DNA of 64,000 bases from the human T2T-CHM13v2.0 reference genome, Homo sapiens, in assembly GCF_009914755.1 (NCBI RefSeq), contig NC_060934.1; one strand, 5' to 3'. The notes below the pieces were generated by a model, which saw only the letters and a list, made by a program, of their open reading frames with translations, searched no databases and had not been told where the DNA came from. Position numbers and translations under genes: made by a program. Of the stretch, positions 24,641-38,034 are shown one piece after another (positions within the stretch are counted from its first letter, which is position 1; every line of letters starts with the position of its first letter).

Positions 24641-26069
24641 CTGCAATGAGATGGAGAAGCCTCCCAATCAGTTCTTCTGAATGACCAGAGCCACATAACA
24701 CACACTATTACGATCTTTCGGTCTCCTAATGCAGTCATTACCGAGGGGATCCTCATTCCACCGGCACTGTGCCAAAGGGAGGGGGTGGAAGCAACACCTC
24801 CCCATCTTCCCTATTAAACCTGATTTCTTGCAAGTGATAAGGTGCTGGATGCTCAAAGTGCAAATTGCACTCAGGTCTGGCTGTCTAGACACAGAGCCCA
24901 AGCAGGAATTTGTGCCTGGGGATTTACTCTGGGCCAGATTCATTAGTTACTCGGTCGGGTAGTAAAATGTTAACTACAGGGGGAGGGAAAGATTTGGACC
25001 AGCTGGACCTGTTATTTGGATTCCGTTTCGGTCTTTTGTACAAATGGCTCATATTGTTGTTCCGAGCAGACCCCTGTGTGCTTGCAATGATGGTAATAAT
25101 ACTTGGCCTCTGTGTAAGTGCCCAGCACATGACGATGGCATTGTCACTCCTGGCTCCATCCAAGCTGTCTCACCTCATCTGCTTGGTGCTCTCGACTGCA
25201 GAGCAGACTGCTTTGAGGCTGGCTTGTTCCTGTTTCCATCCCTTCCCTTGTGCGTTCCCCACTCTCGATCCCTTCTTCTCTCTTCCCAACCCATCCTCAC
25301 AGGCCACGTCAACTCTAATCTTGCAAGCAGTGGGTCTTCTCCAGCTACTGCTACCCTGTGATTTTCTATTCTCAAAACTCTCCCAGCACCTTGTCTGTAA
25401 CCAAATCACTGAGCCTTTAGTCAATTTTACACTGGCTGTGGTCGCTCCCTATTGTTTCATGTGTCTGAACTTTGTCTCCTTAACCAGAGCAACTTCCTTA
25501 AGAGTCCTGGACTTGTTTGGAATTCTCCATAGTGCATAGTGAATAGACCCACCGATACAGAGAAGCTAAACAAACAAATGGTTTCCACTTACTGGGTTTC
25601 AAGTCTAAGAAAATAACAAAAGGTGCAGTAAAATGTTTATGCTTAAAGATTTTCAGAGTAAGTGTTATTTATATGGAGTAGAAAAATAGAAAACAACCTA
25701 AATGTCCAATAATAAGGCCATAAAGTACAGTGCAATATGGTACTAGCATTCTAAATGGCTTTTCAAAGAATATTTCAAGATATAAGATCAATAAATAATA
25801 TCATATAAAAAGACATGAACATGTAAATACAACAAATATATAAAAATACATGAATATGTAAATGGCACAATACAGTTAGATGAACCTATACACTTACATA
25901 CTTACAGAATAAAAGCTCACATAAACAAAATAATTACATACATGATGTATGACAAGTGTCTACAATTAGCATTACCATTTTGAATAATAGAATATTGATT
26001 AACTGATAGACTGAACAATGAGTTGATGCTTATTTATTTAGCTCCAGCATTGTAAGGGGGATAAGATAC

Positions 26070-26760
26070 TGGGTCACAGTGTGGGGAAGGCTTCCTTGTG
26101 GGTCAATTTAATCCCCTCAATATCCCTAAGAGGAAGCTATTACCCCAATTATTCAGACTTCTATTGATAGCTCCATTTTACACGTGATGAAACCAAGGAT
26201 CAGAAAGTCCATGTAACATGCCTAAGGTCTCTAGCTAATACCTGGCAGGATACCCTACATCTTGATCTCCAGTGAAGCCTATTTTGTATTGGGAGAGACA
26301 GACAATAAGAAAATATACAAGTGAATAAACAATAAATTCCTAGATGATGACAAGTTCTATGTTGAAAATAAAACAACCTAAGAATATAAAGAGTAACTCA
26401 GAAGGGGTATATCATCTGTGATGGTTCAGGAGGACCATTCTGAGGATGCAGGGAGCACAACAGCATGATGAGAAGATATGGGGAAAGAGCTTTCTAGGAA
26501 GTAGAAACAGCAAGCACAGAGGCCCTGAGGCAGGGAAGAGCTCTGGGTGTTTGAGGATCAGCAATAAATTCAGTAAGACTGCAGCTGAGTGAGCAAAGTC
26601 AAGCGTGACAGTGATTAGGTCAGGAAATGAGGGGGGAGCAAGATCATGAGGTCTTTGCTTTCCAGAGCAAGGAGTCTACAGCTTATTATAAGTGGAATTG
26701 GGGGATTTTAGTTGGTTTAAAAGAGAAAAGTGACATAATCAGATGTGCTGGATAGGGGGA
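26070..26760. mobile_element. MIR (minus, ~26070-26250) followed by an L2 fragment (plus, ~26290-26760)
   Basis: ccattttacacgtgatgaaaccaagg (MIR core); ggaagtagaaacagcaagcacagaggccctgaggcagggaagagc (L2). Confidence 0.65.
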
Positions 26761-29700
26761 TGTGTTGCTTTCAAGGAAAGTGCTGCTGAAGGCCTCATGC
26801 TCTCCAGGGAGTGAAACCAATTGCTCATTCCTACATGTGAGGTTGTGGTCCACAGCACTGCCTTCAGCAGACAGTCAGATGTCAAAGGACCACTTCTATC
26901 CAGGCATATCTGGGATCTCCTGGTGATTTGCAGGTTTTCTGATTCCTGCCAGCAGAATCTAATGACCTGGGCTTTGTGCTGATTATGCAGCTTGCTGAAA
27001 CACCAACACACATATCCAACTACAGCTGGAAAATGCCATCCTTAATTTATGTCCCAAAGAGCACTGCTAACATGCACCCTTTATGGGACTGTTACTTCTG
27101 GAGCTTAAATTGTTTTTTTAAAAAATAAGATAGCTTATGCAATGTTTATTGAACCAAATTACCAAATTAAGTAACCACTTTCTAATGTAAATAGTAGCTA
27201 AATACAAAAACATCAGGGAGAAGGCTGATCTTAAACTTAGTATGGATCGTGCAAAGGTTAATTTGCTAATATCCTATGAGCAATGACCAGTCCACTTTGG
27301 GACTCTGGTAGTTCATGGGATCAAAGATCTTCATTGCTTTTATAAACCTAATCCCGCTGGTAAGAAGGGAAGTAACAGTTCGTAGTAATGGTGAATTATG
27401 TCTTCCTAGCTACTACAGTACCATCTACCAACTGGATATAAAAAGAAAAGAGTTTCCTCTACAAGAAAGTCCTAAGGTCTATGTGGCCTTGTATTCATTC
27501 CTTAACCTTATAGGGGATGGACCCGCAGATCTGAGTCCTCTTCCAGTTTTAAATCCATAACTTCAAAACATTCAAATCCATACCCAAGCTGATTCTACAA
27601 TGCCTTATAGAAGCCCCTTTTAAAAAGTCCTTTGACCCAAAACAAGCTGTGGCCCACTGGCCAAAGGAAAGGAGAGGGATAGAATGATGTGAACAGAGAG
27701 AACATAGGCAAGCCGTGCCACAACACAGATTTTCAGACTCAAGCCCTTCAAGATTGGCTGATCTTGCCCTTCCTATGCAGATAACAAACTGAGCCCAAAC
27801 AGAGGAGAGCAACTAGGTCAAGGTCAATTGACTTTTATGTAAAAAGCCAAAAGTGGAAATCGAGTCTTTGACGCAATGTGCTGCACAGATGCTTCTCATC
27901 AGAAGAGAGGAAATGAAGTGGCAGTCACAAGCCCAACAGGCAGACACATTCTGTTTGGTAAGTACAGTGTTTTTTAAAAAACTGTAAATAGATGCCAACA
28001 AGTGAATTCACATAGAAACTGGCTTTTCAGCTTTCCTTGCAAAATCAGATAGGGCCACATTGGCACCACATTCCACATGCTAAAAGGGAGTGCAGCTGTG
28101 AAGCACTTATCCCTCTGGATGGGATGTTTGTTCTCCAATGTGCCACAGTTCCCACCACTCTCTATTGTCTCAGATGGCCTCACTCTTCATTCTTTCTTGC
28201 TAACTGCCTGAACCCTATAGGTATCTAAGTTTTTAATCCCTACTATAATAGGTATCCTCTAGATATTGCAAAATACAAATCAAGTATAATACACCATGAT
28301 TTACACTGGAAGCAAGAGCTATGGCTCCCTCTGTGAGTGTTCAAATCACACGTTTCTGTTAGATCCTGCCACAGAGAGTTGGCCAATGTCACAATCCTGG
28401 GCTTAAGGACTGCATCCTGTTGCAGAGATGCAGCCTCTGTTGGAGGTGTCCATTGGGGAAGAGCAGAGCAAGGTGAATGAACAGGGGAGCTGGTGTGGTA
28501 ATCACTTGTTTGCTTATCTCTCCCCTCTAGACTGAGTTTTTCCTGTACAGGATGCATGCTTTGCCTCACTGGCATTTTGCAAAGTTCAAAGAGTAAGCCT
28601 TCAGTAAAGTCTGGATAAATAAATGCATGTATGAATGGGGAGTAGAATCTCATGACTGGCTGGAGGGATGGAGAAAAGATAAAGTGGCAAACTAGGAAAG
28701 TCTATGCAGAGAAAGCTTGGAAGTGAGTATAGAATCATGAAACAAGCTGCTTCTTAGCTTGTCTTATTTGTTAGAAGCAGACAGATGGGAAAGGAAGGAT
28801 ACAGAAGGAAATAAAAGTAGTGATATGCTCTGGGAATCTAATTTTTGCCTTCAATCCACAATGCCAAGATGCAAGTCCAATTCTAAGATACAACAATTTG
28901 TCCTTGGGACCTTCTAGAGACCCTCTTATACCCGTATGTACCCCTTACACTCCCAAGAATATATATACTTTCAGTATACCCAGAACTGATGTTCTCTGGT
29001 TAAACATTTACTTGCATCACTCAACACCATTTTTTGGTAAAGAAGAATGAGCATTAGCCATCTAATCCTTATTCTAATTCTGCCTTTACTCAACTTACAG
29101 TGTTTCAACATATACAGAATTGGTGTGAAATCAGGAAGCAGGGTGAGGTGAGGTAAGGGGAAAAAAGGAAGTAAGAAAGCCTTCACAATGTGATAAATGG
29201 GATAAAATCAGCCATAAGCTAGCAATAATTTAATTATTGGTTTCTAAAATAAAATGCCCCAGTATGTCCAACGCAGGAAGTTGTTGCTGGTTGCAAAAAT
29301 AATTACAGGGGAATAGAAATGACTTCTTTTTTCAAGAAAAAAAATGCCACTTGTCACAAAAAGGTCTTAAGCCAGCAATCTGCAATAAAACTGTTATAAT
29401 AACAAGTTAGATTGCTTTCTTGATAATTATTAGGTAAAGGTCTACCAAATTTGACAACGACATTATACAAAGCCCAACCCCCTTTTTTTTTTTTTACTGC
29501 CAACATCATCTGTTAACTACAGTAGTTTCAACCCAGATGTTCCTGAACAAAGGCTCTTAAGAATTAGAGTCCAACTGTTTCTGCCTACCCAGAGGGAAAT
29601 ACATTGTTCCTGCCATTAAATCAGCCCCCTTTACTGGAAACATTACTTGCTGGTGTGAATTAAACATGGAAACCTGTCATAGAGTTTGCACCTTCAGGAA

Positions 29701-30149
29701 GAAAATACAAAGAGGAGGTTTGGGGCTGTTGAAGAGGACTCACCCCACAAGTCAGGTGAGGGAGGATGAAAGAAGCAACTGTCATCATTCCCCCTGAACC
29801 CAACCCCACCCAAAGCACCAGCCCCTCTTCAGCTATCCAGAGGGCCCCTGGGAATGTCAGGTTGGCACATGCAATTGAAGTAGATACGGATACAAACACT
29901 GCACATTGGGAAACAAGGTCTTCTGGATCGAGGGGCTGGAATGGAAAAGATTCACATTCAGGAGCTTTAATTTAAAATGACAGCCGCTAGAAATCGAAAT
30001 ATCCAGGTAAAGAAACTTTGAAACATCCGGATTTCCAAGACTCAGCACCAAGAAAAGAGAAGTGATTTAAAATGTTCATGGAAATGTTAAGACTCTTTTT
30101 CTCTATGAAGCTTTGATAGGAGTGGAGTGGGAAGGTTTCAGAATATCCC

Positions 30150-30228
30150 CACCCTCTCTCCCACTCTCTTATTCTCTCCTTCTCTCTCTCTCTTTCACAC
30201 ACACACACAAACACACTCACACACACAC
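30150..30228 (+). repeat. (CT)n/(CA)n imperfect microsatellite
   Basis: Direct reading. Confidence 0.85.
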
Positions 30229-30632
30229 AATCTCCACTAGCACACCTAAGACACTAGAATTTATAAATACATTACTTGATACAGACAATTAACTTTTGCC
30301 TAAAGTGTGAACAACTGCATTTTTAGAGAGCCTTGCTATTATTATTAATGAGAAACATAATATGAAAGAAAAAACCATGTGTTTGCTACAAGAACCCAGT
30401 GTTGAGTCAAAGCCCAAGCGTCCACCCCATTTCCAACAGGACTCCTTCCCTGACCCTTCTGTAGAGAATTCTGGACCCACCACTGCCTCAGTAGCCTGTT
30501 ATTGAGGATTTCAATAGACTTTAGGGTCAACGGTTTATTCACTAGCTCATAGAAGGTCACCTCTTGGGTCTCTGTAGTAGAAATAACCACCAATACTGTA
30601 TTCACATCTCTATTCATATATGTTCAACCCTA

Positions 30633-31175
<543 letters not shown>

Positions 31176-32630
31176 CTAGCTACAGTTTTCACTGGGCAAG
31201 AGGCCCAGCTTTCGCCGGGCGGTCTTAAATTTTAAATTTCCCCAAGCGGCTTCTTTTTAAAGATCTGTCTGTGCAAAATAACACAGGTTGAGAGCATGAT
31301 TTTCTGAATTTAGGAGGGGAGCACTGAATGCAGGGAGGTAGAGGAGGGAAAAGAGAATCCCCCTGCACTCTTAAACCAGCACAGTAGCATCCATACTTGC
31401 CCCTGGGCTTGGGGACAGAACTCCTGCCCTTCAGCACAGCTGAGGAAGATCTGATTGGAGTTCCCCAAGTTCCCCAGGCATTAAATACTCCACATCAAAC
31501 CTGAATTTTAACTGCTCCATCAGCTGCAGAGGGACAGAGAGAGACACATACCATATTTTAAATACATCTTTTGTCCTAATCCCCTCTGAGCTGTAAAACC
31601 TGATACAATTAAGCTTTTATATTTTGCAAATGATGAATGACTGACTAATAGGTTCCCGGTGAGATTCAGAACCTAGAACACAGTGTTCTTGAGGCAGCCC
31701 AACTGCTGAACCCATGGTTTCCTGCAGCTCCTCCTTGTCCAGCCCCTCCCCTCCCCTCTGCCCTCCCTGGGGGTAGGGGAGTGCACCCTCGCTTTCGCAA
31801 GTGCTCACCAAAAACACTGTTATCAGTTTCCCCCAAAAAAATCACAAGTCAAAATAAATCTGATGCATCTCTTTGTCTCATCTAAAGAGGAAAGCAATTT
31901 GCTGTAACTGGAAAATCTCGGAGACCTAGGTGTTGAGAGAGCTCCCTATGGTACCAGGTGGCGCAGCCTCCAGATTCCCTACCACTTAGAATGTCCTCTT
32001 CCTTCTTTATCCCCCATCTGAATCAAAACTCCCGACAAGACACAGCTCAAATGTCATCTCTTCCAGGAAGAACCCCCATGTCCCCCCAGCCTACAGGGAG
32101 ATGTCCCTATAACTCTCAGCATCTCTATTCCAGCTGTGTGCATCTACCACAGCACTTATCAGTGGGTGTCTAGATCTCTCTGACGATGGGTACTATTTCC
32201 CTTAGCCAGACAGTAAACTCTGGAGGCAGCCACCCTAGGGAAACTGAATATTTTACTTGGCATTTGTTGGCATTTGTAAGTATTGCTATTAATCTTTTCA
32301 TGCACATATATTTGATCAAATCTAGTAGCAGTTTCCTCTAGAAGTGGCACCAAGCTTGGCACAATGGTGCACATATCCCAATTCATTAAATATCTGATTA
32401 ATCGGTGATTAACCGATAAGAGAATTTCCTAAAGGTTAAAAGTAAATATAACTGGGATACACATATAGCTCGCAATGTGTTTCTTTCTTTCTAAGTGCTT
32501 CTATTATATTCAATGAGAAAGATAAAGGTAGAAGGAAAAGGAGAGGAGGGAGAGGGGAAAAGACATTAACCCGTACTGACAGATAAGTCATAGCACTCCT
32601 ATTTCAGAGAAGGAGATTGGAGTAAGCATC

Positions 32631-32999
32631 TGTGATGGTTAATATTGAGTGTCAACTTGATTGGACTGAAGGATACAAAGTATTGTTCCTGGGTGTATCT
32701 GTGAGGGTGTTACCAAAGGAGATTAACATTTGAGTCTGTGGACTGGGAGAAGTAGATCCACCCTCACTCTGGATGGGCACAATCTAATCAGCGGCCAGCA
32801 TGGCTAGGATAATGCAGGCAGAAGAAAGTGGAAGGACTAGACTTGTGAAGTCTTCCAGCCTTCATCTTTCTCCTGCGCTGGATGCTTCCTGCCCTTGAAC
32901 ATCACACTCCAAGTTCCTCAGCTTTTGGACTCTTGGACTTACACCAGTGATTTGCCAGGGGCTCTTGGGCCTTTGGCCACAGACTGAAGGCTACACTGA
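32631..32999 (+). mobile_element. MLT2A-type ERVL LTR, 3' truncated
   Basis: Starts tgtgatggttaatattgagtgtcaacttgattgg; contains ggagattaacatttgagtc and ctggatgcttcctgcccttgaacatca. Confidence 0.9.
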
Positions 33000-33944
33000 G
33001 AATCTCTTGGCTTGAAATTGATAGAGACAGCTTTCGGGGTGGCAGGACCTTCTGCCCCCACTGCCTCTTTTGCTCTCCTTCCTGTTCTCTTGGGAAACAA
33101 TCTCAAATTTCACCCCTACATCCTGCTCCCATATCTTTTCATAGAATGACTCCCCTAGCTTCTGAGAAAACTCCAAGCTCTCCCAATCCCACCCTGCAAG
33201 GGAGCATTTTGCCAGCCTAGAGAAAAAGCACATTTATTTCTTTCCATGCTTTAAGATGTTATTGGCTGCATATTGTTTTAGCGCAGCGCATAATTACAGA
33301 AACTGCTCTGAAAATCTGTATATTTTATCTGTGCTTTATGATACCCAGAATATTCCCCAATTCTTTTTCTTCTTCGTGAACCAGCTTAAAATATATTTTG
33401 GCATCCTTTATGTCATTTTGAAATTGAATAGCCAATTCTTACTGTAATGAAAATACTTATGTGCCAGCCCAGTGATATACAACACTACACTCTAATTACG
33501 GCTGTGCTTTAATTAACCTGAATTGAAGAGTGTTATCATTAAACTGCTGGTAACTTTGAGTTATGGCTTTTCTTTAATTTAAAGTAGAAAACACAGATAA
33601 TTAAGCCTCCAGATAATCAAATGCTTGAGGAGAGCTTCAATGTTTTGGGATGTTCCTAAATCTCATTAAATGTCCTTCTTTTATTGATCATTTCTACCTC
33701 TGCTGTATCATTGTATTAAACGAATAATAGCACTAAGTTGTACACATTCTCACTCACATCAGAAGTGGAATATATATATATTCCAGAAACTTTACTGAGC
33801 AAATACTAAATTATCTGACAACAATTTGTCTCCTTCTTGGGACATGTTCTAAATACAAAAATCAATCAAAGGGAATATTCACAGAGCCACTAGTGCCAGC
33901 TCTTGAGCTGGCTGAAGGCCAGTGAAGTTCCACACCACCCAGTG

Positions 33945-34240
33945 GGTCAGGGTTGGCAAACTCACACAACCACAGGGCCAGGCCTGGGATTTATGTGCAA
34001 ATCTGGCCTGGTTTAAGATATCAGGGAGGAGTAACTACATGACTATACTAACCCCTTTGCTACATCAAACTGGAGCCAGTTAGCATTCCGAGGAAATGCA
34101 GGTCTTGCATTGTCACATTAGATTTTCTAAAGAATCCAGAAATCTAGTTTTTACGTGACATACTACTATTTGGAAATATCAGCAACTAGTTGATACCTAC
34201 GTGAGTCAAACATACCTAGTGACTATCCCAGTTAGAGCCT
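33945..34240. mobile_element. hAT-Charlie DNA transposon fossil (MER103-like); similar remnants near 13240-13420 and 27930-28200
   Basis: cagggttggcaaactc terminus and agaatccagaaatctagtttttacgtga internal motif. Confidence 0.55.
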
Positions 34241-35289
34241 GTAGGGGGAGCAGTCCTGACCCTTCAAGTTACCCATAAGAGGAACGGACTCAGTTCCCAA
34301 GAGCGGAGTAAGAGAAGGGTGGAAAAGCAAGAAGGGCCTGGGGGTTGGGGAGGGAGCACTCTTGTTAGATACAAACACCAGTTAGGCCAGGGAAACCCTA
34401 CAGCCAAGGAAGGGGGCTTGACGGAGCCCCTGCTGACACCCTCACCAACATAAGACTCCCGCAGGCGCTGGCAGCTCTGCTATGTGCTCAGACCACCACC
34501 ACATTAGACAGCCAAGGCTTCAATTGCCTTTTTATAAAACTAGCTTCTGTTAAAAAGCCTGCTTTCCCCCGGGGCTTTGTATCCTAGGCAGACCAAGCTC
34601 CAGGGAGGGGGAGATCCCCTGGGACAGCCTCAGTGTTCCAGGACCCAATGCCTCTGAATGGTTAACTCCTCTCAGTGGCAGGAAGAGAAATAGCTCTCAA
34701 AGAAAGGCACACATGGGAGTCACAATAGGGCATCCATTTTCAGAAAATAACTCCTTCCGAATCAATTACCTATTCACTTTTCCAGTCCATTTAGCATTAA
34801 AACTTTCGCTTAGAGACAGGGTGAGAAATTTCAGTAAACAGCCAAACCATTTTGGATTGCTTAGGGTCTGGGCCCAGGGACTGACAGAGTGCACCTGCTG
34901 TGTTCAGTGACAGGAGGCTCCAGGTAAACACGAAGCCACCAAGCGCTCCGCCTCCCTCCCTCCTGCATACAGAAAGAAAACCGTGATACAGAGGAGGCCA
35001 AGGGCACCCAGGACTGTCCCCTCCTTTGTGGTAAAGCCTGATCAGTTTTGTTTCGATGTCTTCAGACCTCTCTTTTGGTTTGTATGTAGGCAGGAAGTGC
35101 AAGCAAATGGCTTTTCTTCCTCAGCCCAGTGAGCTCCCAGATACCCCTGTTTCTTCCCAGTGAGAAGAATCCTTGTCAAATCCTTTGCTAAGGTGTCAGG
35201 AGAATAGGCTTAATGTTTCACCAACCTCAGGGAGTTTGTGTTTTCAGAGGGCACAAAGACCCCGTTCATCTTAAACTCAACATCTGAGA

Positions 35290-35575
35290 TTTTTTATTAT
35301 TATTATTTTAGAGATACAATCACTGCTATCCAGGCTGGAATGCAGTTGCGTAATCAACCTCCTGGGCAGCCTCAACCTCCTGGGCTCAAGCAATCCTTCT
35401 ACCCCAGCCTCTAGAGTAGCTAGGACCATACGTGTGTGCCACCACACTCGGCTAATTTTCCTTATTTTTTGTAGAGATAAAGTCTCACTGTGTTGCCCAG
35501 GCTAGTCTTGAATGCCTAGCCTCAAGTGATCCTCTCACCTCAGCTTCTAAAAGTGGTGGGATTGCAGACATGAGG
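35290..35575 (-). mobile_element. Alu (AluJ-like)
   Basis: Reverse-oriented Alu: ctcctgggctcaagcaatcc; ttttgtagagat; gttgcccaggct. Confidence 0.93.
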
Positions 35576-36275
35576 ATTCTAAGTGAGGAATCTGAGGCAC
35601 TGTCATGCCTCACGGCAGACACCTGGAGCTCTTGAGGTCATCCCCCATAGGTGACCATCTATTCTACCTGCAGTGGCCATGGCGGGTGGCTTTGATCCAT
35701 CCTGCTGAGCCAGTGGAAAGAGAAGCTAAGACTTGTTATTATTATAACATGGCAGTTGTCTATGTGGGGGCTCAAGGCCTCCTTCTGTATATTTGGTTCC
35801 ACATTTCCTCAGCAAAGGGTGAAAACACTTTGAATGGCTTTATTTCAGTAGCTTCTCTGTTGTCTCTATGATCAGACTTGATGGGAAGACAGATTAAAAT
35901 TCCTTTCATTGAGGGGCTGGCAAGATTTGTTTTGCCCTCTTAGAATCAGACAGGCAGGGGTTTATGCCACTCTTCATAAATGTGTCTACATCACAGAAGG
36001 CATGCAGGATAACTGTAGTTCATAAGTTAGCATAAATGATGAATTCAAGTCCAAGACTCTCAGGCCTGTCAAGAAAAGTGGGGCCAGTGGAAATTCCCCA
36101 GGCAGAGGCCATGTAATGACCCACCCTCCTATTCATCACATGGGGCCGAGCACACGGGATACCCTCGGCAATTGTCAAGTGCTCCAACTGTACCCAGCAG
36201 AGGTGGGAGGCTTCCTTGCAAGGGGCACATTCAATATCCCTGAAAGCCAAAGAGCATCCAGTTAAAGGTCACTTA

Positions 36276-36386
<111 letters not shown>

Positions 36387-36604
36387 CTAAAGGAAAGGAA
36401 CACATGCGGAGAGTTTAAAATATGACGGTGGGCTGTAAAAGGGAAACCTGAGTTACACTCTTAGGCAAACAAATGAATGCACTGGTTAGATAATGGTGAC
36501 CTTTTCAGCAATCAGGAACACGGCCTCTGCACCCATATAAAGCCTTCAATAACCCTAAACTCATAAAGTGTGTGCCCTCTAAAACACTTTTTTAACCTGT
36601 GTGA

Positions 36605-36930
36605 TTTCTTTCCTTTTTCTTTTTTCTTTTTCTTTTTTTTTTTTTTTTTTTTTTTTTGAGACAGGGTCTTACTGTTGCCTGGGCTGGAGTGCAGTGGGTC
36701 ATAGCTCACTGAAGCCTTGGACACCTGCACTGAAGCAATCCTCCTGCCTCAGCCTCTGGAGTAGCTGGGACTATAGGTGTGCATCACCACACCTGGCAAT
36801 TTTTTTTTTTTTAAGAGACAGAGTCTTGCTATGTTGCCCAGGCTTGTCTTGAACTCCCGGCCTCAAGTGATCCTCCTGCTGCTGCCTCTCAAAGTCCTGG
36901 GATTACAGGTGTGAGCCACCGTGCACAGTC
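36605..36930 (-). mobile_element. Alu (AluJ-like) with long T tract, ~220 nt upstream of the 110-nt exon acceptor
   Basis: tttgagacagggtctt...gggattacaggtgtgagccaccgtgc. Confidence 0.95.
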
Positions 36931-36934
36931 TTTA

Positions 36935-37480
36935 ATCTGTATGACTTCTAATGGTGCGGAGACATGGGCACTCACCCACATTAGTGGGCAAGGAAATTGA
37001 TACAACTGTTTTGAAGAGCAATTTTGCAATTATTATCAAAATTTGTAAAAGTACACAGTCTTTTACACTACAATTCCATTTGAAGTATTCATAGCAAAGA
37101 AACAGGAAAACAGAGGTAAAAAAATATACAAGAACATCCTTTCTATTCATGAAAAACGGGAAATAACCGTAAATGGCACACATACAATGGAATACTAAGA
37201 AGCAATTAAAAATTATAATGAAAATGTATACCTGTTCATACAGAAATTCTGTAAAAAGGCACATTATAAAATAGCGTACATAATCTGATCCTATTTTTTT
37301 AGATGGCCTATAGTTATCTGAATGTTTGTAAAGCCATAAAAAGAATTTAGGAAGCTTTATATCAAAACACTAACAGTTGTTACCTCTGAGTGGTAGAATG
37401 ATACTTTTTTTCCTCTATAGATTCCTGTATTGTCTGAAGGCTTTTATAATAAGCATGTATATATTATAATGAAACAGTAT
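36935..37480 (+). mobile_element. Old L1ME-type 3' fragment
   Basis: gatacaactgttttgaagagcaattttgcaat; catacaatggaatacta; aacagttgttacctctgagtgg. Confidence 0.6.
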
Positions 37481-37521
37481 ATTTCTACTTTGCACAAAAT
37501 GACAGATTTTTCTGACCCCCC

Positions 37522-37634
37522 AAGGAATATCACAAAAGGTAAAATGTTAGTTTCAGAGATGTCTTGCTCCAAATTTCAAAAGGAGTATCACAAAAGTAAA
37601 ATGTAGTTTCAGAGAGGTCTTGCTCCAAATTTCA
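37522..37634 (+). repeat. Diverged ~56-bp tandem duplication
   Basis: aaggaatatcacaaaaggtaaaatgttagtttcagagatgtcttgctccaaatttca versus aaggagtatcacaaaagtaaaatgtagtttcagagaggtcttgctccaaatttca. Confidence 0.9.
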
Positions 37635-37732
37635 TTAAAATATGCATTTTTTCTAAGTAGTCAAGTTTAGCTGGTTTTCCCAGCAACCCTCTTCATGCTA
37701 GGCATCTCTGAAAGGATTTCACAATGTAGTGA

Positions 37733-38034
<302 letters not shown>

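Noticed and set aside
25173-25194. 22-nt possible poison microexon (ctgcag|TCGAGAGCACCAAGCAGATGAG|gtgaga)
   Set aside because: Good donor, but the acceptor region is purine-rich with several upstream AGs and no polypyrimidine tract.
24910-25539. Longest ORF in the track (209 aa, + strand)
   Set aside because: Starts at GTG, has no recognisable domain, its 3' half overlaps L2-like sequence, and it is antisense within an intron; consistent with chance.
33766-33785. 20-bp perfect palindrome tggaatatatatatattcca
   Set aside because: Mostly a (TA)n core, far from any exon; expected by chance.
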